Part shown: positions 11,828-23,249 of the stretch, piece after piece
How the letters are laid out: each line of letters starts with the position of its first letter
Numbering within the stretch: position 1 is the stretch's first letter
Assembly: GCF_001194135.2 (NCBI RefSeq)
Contig: NC_068991.1
Span: forward strand, 66,488,291 to 66,532,144
Source: Octopus bimaculoides
Taxonomy: Eukaryota
Length of the DNA stretch: 43,854 bases
Reading direction: 5' to 3'
Notes under the pieces: generated by a model
Databases searched by the model: none
Told to the model about the DNA's origin: nothing
Seen by the model: only the letters and a program-made list of their open reading frames with translations
Made by a program: the position numbers and the translations under genes

Positions 11828-12250
11828 TGAGTATTCCTTGCGATCATAATATAGCGGCGAAAGAATTTGACAAGATCAGTAAATATTAAAACTTGCTAAT
11901 AGAAATTGAAAAAATGTGGCACCTCAAGGTGACTACCGTACCAGTGATTGTAGGATCTCTAGGAATGATAAAAAAAAAGGGTATTGAAACCTATTTGAAA
12001 ATGATACTAGGCTTACCATCCCTACAGGAAGTGCAAAAAATGACTCATGTACTGAGAAGAGCATTATCGCTGTGAAAACAACATCCATTCATGAATTTAT
12101 TTATTTATTAATTTTTTTAAATACATATTTTACCTGTGAATTTGCGTGTGTAAACTGGGAATGCATACAATGAACTTCTCTGCCCTCGGTGTACAGAAAA
12201 CACTCGGCGAGAAATGGAAGAAAATTTGAAGAAAGAAAAGAAAAAAAAAC
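11824..12250 (+). mobile_element. Second RLE-type LINE 3' fragment
   Basis: MSIPCDHN..KEFDKISKY..EIEKMWHLKVTTVPVIVGSLGMIKK..LRRALSL. Confidence 0.85.
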
Positions 12251-12324
12251 ATAATAATAATATTAAGATTATATAGGACTGAGGTAACTCTTCCCGAAGT
12301 TATGCAGAAATAAGAAATAGAAGA

Positions 12325-12610
12325 GTGCCATAGTTATCATGTGAAATTGCTTGAACGATATTTCGGCATCTAGCATACCTTCCACAGGTTCAAAAATTAC
12401 ATGTCAGTCTACTTCATTTTTTGTTAAGATTATATAGGACTGAGGTAACTCCACCAGAAGTTATACAGAAACAAAAAATAGAAGAGTTACCTCAGTCCTA
12501 TATAATCTTAACAAAAAATGAAGTAGACTGGCATGTAATTTTTGAACTTGTGTAAGGTACGCTAGATGCCGAAATATCGTTCAACCAATTTCACACGATA
12601 ACTATGACAC
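12325..12610. repeat. 127-bp inverted repeat (12325-12451 / 12484-12610) with 32-nt spacer
   Basis: Arms aligned by eye, 7 mismatches in 127 bp. Confidence 0.9.
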
Positions 12611-12619
12611 TTCTTTTTT

Positions 12620-12838
12620 ACCCACAGGGGGCTAAACATAGAGGGGACAAACAACGACAGACAATGGGTTTAAGTCGATTACATCGCCCCCAGTGTGTAA
12701 CTAGTACTTATTTAATCGACCCCGAAAGGATGAAAGGCAAAGTCAATCTCGGGGGAAATTGAACTCAGAACGCAACGGCAGACGAAATAGCGCTTAGCAT
12801 TTCGCCCGGCGTGCTAACGATTCTGCCAGCTCGCCGCC
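12620..12838 (-). mobile_element. SINE family 2 copy
   Basis: Reverse complement of family 2 including head GGCGAGCTGGCAGAATCGTTAGCACGCCGGGCGAAATGCT. Confidence 0.85.
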
Positions 12839-13880
12839 CTAATAATAGTAATAATGATAATCAAAATAGCTAGTTATAAAATATCAAGAAGCGATAAAGT
12901 AGTAACGAATGCTAAACAGTAAAGCCAGTCGCCACATCAAAGTGGCTGTTGAATGTTACTACTGGTTTAACCCTAGGCAAATTCTCCGCCAGCTGGTTAT
13001 AGGTGCNNNNNNNNNNNNNNNNNNNNNNNNNNNNNNNNNNNNNNNNNNNNNNNNNNNNNNNNNNNNNNNNNNNNNNNNNNNNNNNNNNNNNNNNNNNNNN
13101 NNNNNNNNNNNNNNNNNNNNNNNNNNNNNNNNNNNNNNNNNNNNNNNNNNNNNNNNNNNNNNNNNNNNNNNNNNNNNNNNNNNNNNNNNNNNNNNNNNNN
13201 NNNNNNNNNNNNNNNNNNNNNNNNNNNNNNNNNNNNNNNNNNNNNNNNNNNNNNNNNNNNNNNNNNNNNNNNNNNNNNNNNNNNNNNNNNNNNNNNNNNN
13301 NNNNNNNNNNNNNNNNNNNNNNNNNNNNNNNNNNNNNNNNNNNNNNNNNNNNNNNNNNNNNNNNNNNNNNNNNNNNNNNNNNNNNNNNNNNNNNNNNNNN
13401 NNNNNNNNNNNNNNNNNNNNNNNNNNNNNNNNNNNNNNNNNNNNNNNNNNNNNNNNNNNNNNNNNNNNNNNNNNNNNNNNNNNNNNNNNNNNNNNNNNNN
13501 NNNNNNNNNNNNNNNNNNNNNNNNNNNNNNNNNNNNNNNNNNNNNNNNNNNNNNNNNNNNNNNNNNNNNNNNNNNNNNNNNNNNNNNNNNNNNNNNNNNN
13601 NNNNNNNNNNNNNNNNNNNNNNNNNNNNNNNNNNNNNNNNNNNNNNNNNNNNNNNNNNNNNNNNNNNNNNNNNNNNNNNNNNNNNNNNNNNNNNNNNNNN
13701 NNNNNNNNNNNNNNNNNNNNNNNNNNNNNNNNNNNNNNNNNNNNNNNNNNNNNNNNNNNNNNNNNNNNNNNNNNNNNNNNNNNNNNNNNNNNNNNNNNNN
13801 NNNNNNNNNNNNNNNNNNNNNNNNNNNNNNNNNNNNNNNAATAACTCTTAATTTTACTTGATTAAGCCTTCCTTGACAAA

Positions 13881-13964
<84 letters not shown>

Positions 13965-14061
13965 GCCAGTCTGTCAGTCTGTCTGTCTGTCTGTCTATAT
14001 TAAAAAAAGAAAAGAAAGAAAGAAAGAAAGAAGTTCACTTAGCTGGCGAAAGTGAGTAGTA

Positions 14062-14220
14062 CCTGTAATTCAAAGGGCCAGTCTTGTCACATTCTGTGTC
14101 ACGCTGAATCTCCCTGAGAACTAAGTTAACGATACACGTGTCTGTGGAGTACTCAATCACTTTCTCCTTAATTTCATCTGCAGCCTGTTTGATTGACCGG
14201 ATCAACTGGAACCCTTATCA
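14062..14220 (+). mobile_element. 5'-truncated SINE family 1 copy with (TACA)n tail
   Basis: GTACCTGTAATTCAAAGGG..CTTGTCACA..GGATCAACTGGAACCC matches the family 1 3' part. Confidence 0.78.
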
Positions 14221-14964
14221 TACATACATACATACATACATACATACATACATACATACATACATACATACATACATACATACATACATAATTACAGAAA
14301 TGTTATTCCAGTCCTTCTAACCAGTTTCAAGATAATGCTTTTTTTAACAGTCCTAGCATCCTTATCATATTCCTGCTATGCTGCTTTATCAGTGTGAGTA
14401 TTCAACACCGCACAACCTTTTTCCTGCGTTAGTCAGTGTTTATTCTACACCCTATAACCTTACAGTGTTTATTCTATAGCCTATAACCTTGCTACATACA
14501 TCCCTCAGCATATGTTTTAAATTAATTAACTTTCACAACGGCAGCATATTCCTTTCTACGCACTTTGTTTGTTTAAAAATTGTAAAATAATAAATTATTT
14601 TTGTATGAAAAATTGAATTATGCTTTGTGAATTTTCTTGGAGCTTGACTTTCTTCAACGGGACATTCAATCCTGAATTTTATAACATGTAGTACATGTCC
14701 CAAATAAATGTTGACTTTCTGCACTTTGTTACATTGGTGACGCACAATAATTTTTGCTAGATTGGTGACATTCCGATGCTGTAATATTTCTTTTGGAAAT
14801 ATTCCTTAAAAAAAATTTTATGGCATAACTATGCTACAGAAAGTATGTTTTGGACCTATATTGATTACATTTCGTTTTGCTTGAACTTTGTGTGTGTCCG
14901 TTTTGCTGTTTTCATTATTCTTTTTTCTTTCTTTTCTACTCTATGCACAAGACCCGAAATTTTG

Positions 14965-15090
14965 GGGGAGGGGGGAAGCAGTCGATCAGATCTACCCCAA
15001 TACGCAACTGGTACTTAACTTATCGACTCCGAAAGGATGAAAGCAAAGTCGATCTCGACGGATTTTGAACCCAGAACGGAGCGACGGGTG
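14965..15090 (-). mobile_element. SINE family 2 fragment
   Basis: Core GAAAGGATGAAAG.CAAAGTCGA. Confidence 0.72.
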
Positions 15091-15189
15091 AAATTTGCCG
15101 TTTTCAATATTATCAATTCGATGAGTGTCTATGTGTCTGTGAGTTTGTGCGGGTTTCCGCGTTCGTTACGTTTATAGTAAACTATAGTA

Positions 15190-15480
15190 AAGGACGCTTT
15201 ACGCCATCTTAATGAGCCCAAATCTAATAAAATAGCCATCACTATGGTAAGTGATCCCCATGAAAATCGTGATATTCTTACTCGCGCTCGAGATAACAAC
15301 CTTAAACGTGTTCCGGAAACTCATCCCTCTTATGATACTCTCCAGTATAATCTTATTCTGTGGAATAGACAATATGGATTTAATTTCAATATTCCACAGA
15401 TTGAACCTGCAACAGGAGAGCCAATTACAAACAAAAAAAAGTATCGTCAAATGACTTCTATTCTTACCAACTGATGTTAA
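15190..15480 (+). mobile_element. Helitron Rep/helicase N-terminal fragment, decayed
   Basis: EPKSNKIAITMVSDPHENRDILTRARDNNLKRVPETHPSYDTLQYNLILW..YGFNFNI resembles the Helitron-like N-terminal motif (EVA..vgd..RDI....L.RI.E.H.SYD.LQYPL.F..G..G), from my recall of the family. Confidence 0.78.
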
Positions 15481-15696
15481 GACCAGAACAATCAAATCAA
15501 CTAGCCATGTGTCGTGATCTATTTCAGCAGTGCCTAAAGTTGAGAGTCAGCGTCTCTTCTACATTCGTAACAATCAAAAAAAGTTAAGGGCTAAAACGTA
15601 TGTTCATCTCCAAGATGCTCTGAGGACAGATGGTGATATCCAAAACATGGAGCAACTATAATCCTCCAGTACACACACACACACACACACACACAT

Positions 15697-15739
<43 letters not shown>

Positions 15740-15854
15740 CACACAAACAAATACATACATACACAAACACACAAGCAAGCACACACACACAGACACAGGA
15801 ATACACACACGCAGAATACATATATACATACATACATGCATGCATACTAGGACA

Positions 15855-16330
15855 CTCTATAATGAAATTGGTCGGAAGGATAACCCCGAGCACAAATAAA
15901 TAAGAACCTACAGTATGGTGGAAGCCATAGCCACTCATAATAAAAGGGAGTCCTGGTGGTATGTCCCAATGAAAAGCTGAATAAAATGTAAGCACAACAG
16001 ACCTGATATAACGAGAAACTGCGTACAGTTGCGGAAATAAGCAGCCCAGCGGATGTTAACACAAAGCTGAAGATCAGTGAAAAAGAAAATACCTACGCTG
16101 AACTATTGGGAAATCTGCAGTTACTCTATCCAGATTACAAGCTCAGGTTTATACCTGTAATTATTGGGACCATAGATATGTAATACACTGCCTAAATACC
16201 AATCTTGAGAAATTAGGTTTCTCAAAACCAGACAGGAAAAAGCTACTTCGAAGTCTACGAACCTAATCCATCACTAGAACTGTAAAAATCTGTAAAACTT
16301 CCTAGAAGTTTATCGTTTAAATATATATGA
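15855..16330 (+). mobile_element. RLE-type LINE 3' fragment followed by (TACA)n
   Basis: KHNRPDI, EISSPADVN..KISEKENTYAELL..FIPVIIGTIG, terminal VKICKTF. Confidence 0.82.
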
Positions 16331-17519
16331 GCATGTCTAGATATGCAACTATATGCGAGAAGATACATACATAAAACAAAACATACACATCTGCACATAT
16401 ACATACATACATACATACATACATACATACATACAAACAAAAATACCCTGCTGTTGTTGAAATTCCAGTGAAGGAGCCTTGGATCTAGGTTAGAAACCGG
16501 TTCTTTCTCTATTGGCAACAAATCTTGAAATAAAACTGAATAATGACATACATACATACATACATACGTGCATGCATTCATGCACACACACATATATACA
16601 TACGCACATCGTGCATGCGTGCATGCATACATAATACATACATGCATAAATGCATACATAATACATACATACATGCATGCATACATACATACATACATAC
16701 ATACATGCATACATACTTACATACATACATACGTACGTACGTACGTACGTACATGCATACACAAGCACTCAAGCACACGCGCACAGTGGCGTGCAACAAT
16801 GGCTCAGATAGAGAAACGCAGCTTCCGTAAAAGACTAAAAGAAAATTCATTGAAAATGTTGCAAATAGCAACGAAAGAGCTTTGACGGAAACAAACAAAC
16901 GAACAAAAGCAAAACAGACGATTGACTGTTTAAGGAAGTTAAACAAACAATCTATTAATTAGTTGGATTTTTAATCAATTGACTAATAATAAAGGAGTGG
17001 ATTTGAGCCAGTATGTGTATTATTACTTCTGGCGTAATGACTCTTCCTGGACTCAACAAAATTTGTTTTGACACACGAATTCACACTAAGAATCCTGCAA
17101 AGTTAATACAAAAGCGAAATCATAATTTATCTCATAGTTTTAGTTGCGTGAATTATACGAAGGAGTGTACAGGAATTAGCATCATAAAGAAAACTGTAAC
17201 TCAAGGAAATTACGAAGGGAAAGGAAGACATTATGAGCACCATGTTGCTCGAAAGTTTGTTTATTTCTATTTTCTATATATCATGGTACATATCCGAAGA
17301 TATTCCTATTGATATATCAGCATACACATATTACCATGTGTGTCTATCTAATAATATTTATGGAGAACTACTAAGAGTGAAAGCATAGACAAATACTATA
17401 ATTTACTATCGCAGATCTGCCAAAGTTCTGCGAAGAAAATTTTCCTCTACTTTCCAAAAGATATCTTGTTGCTGTTATACATCAAGTGTATGCTCAAAAG
17501 TCTATATGACCAAATTATA

Positions 17520-17698
17520 TCACAACGGTACTGCACGGATATTAGTATTCATTGGGGCATAATTGAGGCCAGCCATTATGCCCTCTAGTATTATTGGTGT
17601 TTCGTCAGGTTTTTCCAACTGAAATTTCTGTAAGATGTTTGTAAAAGCCAGGAAAGCTTCTCTATTGGCCAGTGACACTCCTGCACACATTCTTGGAC
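17520..17698 (-). CDS. CYP-A exon 8, heme-binding (GPRMCAGVSLANREAFLAFTNILQKFQLEKPDETPIILEGIMAGLNYAPMNTNIRAVPL*)
   Basis: Completes FGSGPRMCAG with the heme-ligand Cys; ttgtag| acceptor; TGA at 17522-17520. Confidence 0.95.
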
Positions 17699-18319
17699 CT
17701 ACAAATAAAGCAGAAGTTATAAATTAATCAACATACACTATGTATGTTAAATTTTATCATATACATGTGATAAAAATTAGACAAGTCGTCATTGATTTTA
17801 GTTAGGTGTAAATATGTTCTGGCTCTTTATCTCCTACACCCTTTATATAGTCGAACAGACTTCCAGTCATAGACACACACGTCCTGACCATAGTCAGATG
17901 TTAAAAATGGATTTCCAGAAACTACAACCAGGGTTATTCAAGCACACGGGGGTGCCTTCAGGATGATCGTTAATATAAAGGGAGGTAAGTGTTTCCCACA
18001 GCGTGACGCGAAGTTATAAATTTGAATTTGAAATTGAGGAATCAAGTAATCAAGCATCGTTACGGCAAATACAAGAGTTAGTCCTCATAACTGAAGCACG
18101 ACCATTTTTGAACAGCAAGTACACGTAGATAAAAGCCTTACAATTACCCATGGTTGCATATGTTGTTCACACATAAAATACAGAACGTGAACGTAAATAA
18201 AAAAGATGCATTTACGAAGAAAACAGAAACCAAAACCAAGTCCAAAGTCTCTATCTTATCTGATATGAACGAAATTGTTACAAACACACATATGGACGCA
18301 CATACTTACATATAAGCAC

Positions 18320-18455
18320 GAACACATAAGTGCGTGCACACATACGAGCGTGCACACATTCGAGCGTGCACACATACGAGCATGCACACATAAGTGCGTG
18401 CACACATACGAGCGTGCACACATTCGCGCGTGCACACATACGAGCTTGCACACAC
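18320..18455. repeat. 16-bp minisatellite (GCACACATACGAGCGT variants), 8 units, in CYP-A intron 7
   Basis: Units read directly. Confidence 0.88.
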
Positions 18456-19076
18456 TCACATGCTCATACCGAACAATTTCAAAACAACGCCAAATCATAC
18501 ATGCAAAATAAATGGAAGTGGAGAGACAAGTTACTGAAGAGATTGCAAGAGTGCAATGAAATGATTTAACAAAAAAACTAAATACTGTTTATAAATTAAT
18601 AAAGGACTGAACCAGTGCGTGTGTTTATTACCGGCATAATGCCTCTCCCAAGGTTTAATTGTAAGTAATCAAGCTATTAAATGAATAAGATAAACAAACC
18701 GAGGCTTTCTCACGGAAACAATGAGAATTTTGGGAGAAAAATGACTAAATATTTGTTTAGAGAATAAATATTGTATGTAGGGTATTTAGTGGAACATTGA
18801 TGCTTATTTTGTTGACATGATGAATATCAATACCCACTTCAATAAGATTTGAAGTAGATTGCTGTTTTATACAGTGTCTCATTTTTACTAATGTCAAACT
18901 AACTAATGGTGATTCTACAATTCAATAATTAAATCTCCCTCAACATATGGTTTTAAAACAATCATTAGATAGTGTAGCTCTAGATCGAGGTAAATGTTGT
19001 GTTGGTCACGATTGGCGATTGGGATGCGTTTGATTATAGATATACTATATCATTAGAATCTATTTACAATACTTAC

Positions 19077-19283
19077 CCGAACCGAAAGGTACAAAAGCTT
19101 CATTTTTCTTTAACTCATTATTTTCTCCGATCCATCTTTCAGGACGGAATTGCTGTGGATTATCCCAATAATTCGGATCAGAATGAGCCTCCATTAATAA
19201 GAATGCAACGAGAGTATCTTTTGGAATATCATAACCTCCTAGAGTTGTATGGACTTCAGCGGTGTGTGGAGCAGATAAAGCAG
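19077..19283 (-). CDS. CYP-A exon 7 (AALSAPHTAEVHTTLGGYDIPKDT...YWDNPQQFRPERWIGENNELKKNEAFVPFGS)
   Basis: GYDIPK, FRPERW meander motif, start of heme motif; 207 nt, phase 1 to 1. Confidence 0.95.
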
Positions 19284-19778
19284 CTGGAAAAAAGAATCAT
19301 TGTAAATATTAACAATGCCGAAATTAACGATGATCTAAATTAAATATGTTACTAGGGATATCATAATAACTTTGATGATGTAATTATTTTGTGACACCTC
19401 TATAAGCATTAGTTAATGTGGAGTTGTATTAAAACATAGAAGTTTCGTTGCTGTAAAATTGGGTATTAAATTAGTCTGTGTTGCAACGTTAGAGATCTGA
19501 GCTTATGTAACACTAGATTGACGAAATGCTGTAATGTAACAATACAAATTAGAGCTGAAAGAGAATTGTTCATGTCAGAATGAGTTGACTCACCAGGACG
19601 GTATAACCAATAAAAGTACTTACTAACAATAAAAACAATATGAAGCACAAGGAAATTTTACCATTAACACAGGAATGTAAAAGTTTTGACGCAAATATCA
19701 TTGGCGTACCGATTCAAGTTAGATATAAATTACAGGAGATAGTGTTGTATTATAAAAATTGCATGACAGCCTTCTTAC

Positions 19779-19875
19779 CAATTGTCGCAATTCTGTGAAC
19801 CTCAAGAAGGGTTGCTGCAACGTATGTCATATGTGGTTTGTCTTCCATTGTAACAGGTCTGTTCTGATTGGTGAT
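19779..19875 (-). CDS. CYP-A exon 6, K-helix (ITNQNRPVTMEDKPHMTYVAATLLEVHRIATI)
   Basis: ExxR (EVHR); ttttttag| acceptor, |gtaaga donor; 97-nt exon matched in the paralogue. Confidence 0.95.
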
Positions 19876-19931
19876 CTAAAAAAGATAAGCAATCACAAAA
19901 GACTTAATTCATACATACATACATACATACA

Positions 19932-19944
<13 letters not shown>

Positions 19945-19962
<18 letters not shown>

Positions 19963-20270
19963 CTCTTCGAAAATCGAAGTAAAAGAGGATATCTATGGAC
20001 AACTGCTTCGAGATCTCCAACTTCTATATCATAATAATAATAATTGGAGCACTAAGTCTTGTTAGTAAATACTTAAAGGAGAGTGTGAATAAATTGGAAT
20101 TTTCAAAAAGAGAAATCGATCAGCTAATTCGTACATTACAAGTGCAATCTGTGAGTGGAACAATAAAAATATGCAACACTTTTCTCAAGTTCCAAATGTG
20201 AATTCGTCTATGTTAACTACATCCCAAAGATGGAAGCTTGTCTCTTTGTTGGAAACCGGCTCCCTTCTCA
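19945..20270 (+). mobile_element. RLE-type LINE 3' fragment, related to 15855-16330, in CYP-A intron 5
   Basis: IIIGALSLVSKYLKESVNKLEFSKREIDQLIRTLQVQSVSGTIKICNTFLKFQM*; flanked by (TACA)n. Confidence 0.8.
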
Positions 20271-21193
20271 GTGGAATATTTATAATAATTTTAAAAAATA
20301 GGAGAGACATACATACATACATACATACATACATACGTACATACGTACATACGTACATACATACGTACATACATACATACATACATACATACATACACAC
20401 ATACATACATATATACATACATACATACACATATGCATGCAAACATGCATATATGCATGCATACATATATACGCACATGCACACATACATATTTTTATAC
20501 ATACATGCATACGTACACACACACGCACATTTAGAAGAAGATGGAAGANNNNNNNNNNNNNNNNNNNNNNNNNNNNNNNNNNNNNNNNNTATTGGCAAGA
20601 AATCTTGGAATAAGACTGAATAATGTCATGCATACATATATACATGCATACATATATACATGCATACATACACATACGCATGCAAACATGCATACACGCA
20701 TGCATGCATATATACATACATACAAACATACAAATGTATACATATATATACGCATACATACGTACATCTATACATACATTCATACTTTCATACATACATA
20801 CATACATACATACACACATACATACATATATACATACATACATACACATATGCATGCAAACATGCATATATGCATGCATACATATATACGCACATGCACA
20901 CATACATATTTTTATACATACATGCATACGTACACACACACGCACATTTAGAAGAAGATGGAAGACAAGCAGAGATGTATATATAGATAAGCATCATTCC
21001 CTTTGCTTTGTCGGATACATAGGTGTTCGATTTGGTAAGGTGAGGATTCTGTTTATTTATATATATTGATACTATACTATGCTGACGACATCAAGAAATA
21101 TTTGAAAGGAAAGATAGTATAAAAATTACACAATTAATCTTCTCTCCTCTCACTCTATTAACTATTAAAACAGGACAAACATAAATAATTTAC

Positions 21194-21330
21194 CTGTAGA
21201 ATTTCTTTTCGACACTTCTCCTGTATATCTGTGTATTTGGCCATATAGAGAAAAGCCCAGGTAAGATGAGTAGCAGTCGTGTCTGTTCCAGCCAGAAATA
21301 TATCGACAACTGTTTGGAACAAACTCGCTT
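21194..21330 (-). CDS. CYP-A exon 5, I-helix (EASLFQTVVDIFLAGTDTTATHLTWAFLYMAKYTDIQEKCRKEILQ)
   Basis: AGTDTT oxygen-activation motif; phase 1 to 0; donor CAG|gtaaat. Confidence 0.95.
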
Positions 21331-21531
21331 CTTCGATGTAGAAATGATAATTAGATTTAAAAGTTTAATAATTGTGCATAATTATAGAAAATAGTGAATA
21401 AATTAATGACAATAAGAATAATAACTGTCCCAAAACAGCAGCTTTGGTAAAATATATTTGCATCAGTTATGTTTAACACTTTTGAGTTTAATCGGACACG
21501 TTAATACCAATCGCTGCTGAAATACCCACGG

Positions 21532-21568
<37 letters not shown>

Positions 21569-21758
21569 NNNNNNNNNNNNNNNNNNNNNNNNNNNNNNNN
21601 NNNNNNNNNNNNNNNNNNNNNNNNNNNNNNNNNNNNNNNNNNNNNNNNNNNNNNNNNNNNNNNNNNNNNNNNNNNNNNNNNNNNNNNNNNNNNNNNNNNN
21701 NNNNNNNNNNNNNNNNNNNNNNNNNNNNNNNNNNNNNNNNNNNNNNNNNNNNNNNNNN

Positions 21759-21806
<48 letters not shown>

Positions 21807-21956
21807 TTAGAGATAAAAATCCAAAATTACAAGTAAAAACTCAATTAAAATCAATTTATTAAAAATTTAAATTATTGTGCTTTTACTTATTAATTTTTCT
21901 ATATGTGACAGTGGATTTTCATCGATGAGTTCATGAACCTTGGTTCTTTTCCATAA

Positions 21957-21990
<34 letters not shown>

Positions 21991-22284
21991 CAAAAATGAA
22001 TAGAAATGGCTTTTCTGATAATTTCCCCACATTAATTAAATATTTCCTAAACATTCTTTCTTTATATGTGTGTACATATAAAAAAAAAAAAAAGAATGTA
22101 TGGGAAAGAGAAAATTATATGGATTATTTATTAAAGAATATTGTTTTTCCAGAATATTTTATGATATAACCTTTATAACTTTTATATTTCATTTCATGAT
22201 TAAAATAATTCCTTTTGTTAATTTCTTTTATTGATATCATTGAAGAATTATAAGAATATAATTAAAAGCTCATATAAAACTCAC

Positions 22285-22441
22285 CAGTTAAAGTCTCACT
22301 GTTTGGTTCCTTCTCAAGCGACAGCAAATAAAAATCAATGAAATCTCTTATGTTTTCAGGATTAAAGGTTTCTTTATGTTCTGCGATTTTCTTTCTAATA
22401 TAACTTCGGATCTTCGCCTGCTTCTTTATAACCTTTTCTAC
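22285..22441 (-). CDS. CYP-A exon 4 (VEKVIKKQAKIRSYIRKKIAEHKETFNPENIRDFIDFYLLSLEKEPNSETLT)
   Basis: G/H-helix EHKETF..RDFID motif of clan-2 P450s; donor |gtgagt; acceptor could alternatively be 9 nt downstream. Confidence 0.9.
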
Positions 22442-22732
22442 CTTTTCAACAACAGTAACGTATATGTCGAATTAAATGTTTTATAATATAATATATTTTT
22501 TTTATCTCATCAAACTTTATTCTAAGTTTATATCTAGTTGGACTTTCTTATTGAGTCAATAAAATAAGCACAATTATTCATCAATCTAACAACTATATCC
22601 AGTTGGTAATAAGATTCTTTATTTCCAAACTACCAACTCCATATAAATTACACTCTGAATTGTCTTTAACTGTAATATAACTTATTTATCATGCATGGAA
22701 TAGTTTTGAAGTAGCGAGCTATATATTCATAT

Positions 22733-22835
<103 letters not shown>

Positions 22836-23249
22836 TGTTAATGAAAGTGATAATAATAATAACAATAATAATTAACGGAACCCACAACAAAACTATGCAA
22901 AAGAACGGCGGACGGATAATCATAAATACTATAAACTAGTTGATTTGAGAGTTACACATACACACACACACGACCTCATCCCCACCCCCCAAAAAAAACA
23001 CACAAGAATAAACTCATACTGTAAATACCCAAGAAAATGAACAAAACTCACAACATGTGCCATAGAAGGCCGATACCCAGCAGAAGTACACACTCCGCTC
23101 TGCGCAAACAACACAGAATATAAAAACTAATACAACAAAAGACTCAAACCAAACTCCGTAACAAGACGTACTGATACAATACAGTATTCTCACGAAAAAA
23201 ATGTAGCACTCCCCGCCCGACCAGCACACAGGTGCAACAAATGATACAA

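Noticed and set aside
14434-14491. 29-bp tandem duplication
   Set aside because: Two copies only, ordinary slippage
17860-17990. Possible extra conserved exon in intron 7 (PEGTPVCLN frame; plus-strand GTAAGT)
   Set aside because: Frame not preserved in the CYP-B homologue; the CYP CDS is complete without it
18999-19343. 114-aa plus-strand ORF
   Set aside because: Antisense shadow of CYP-A exon 7; the equivalent frame in the paralogue has stops
16255-20997. Many HTYI/MYVC-repeat ORFs
   Set aside because: Translations of (TACA)n/(CA)n microsatellites
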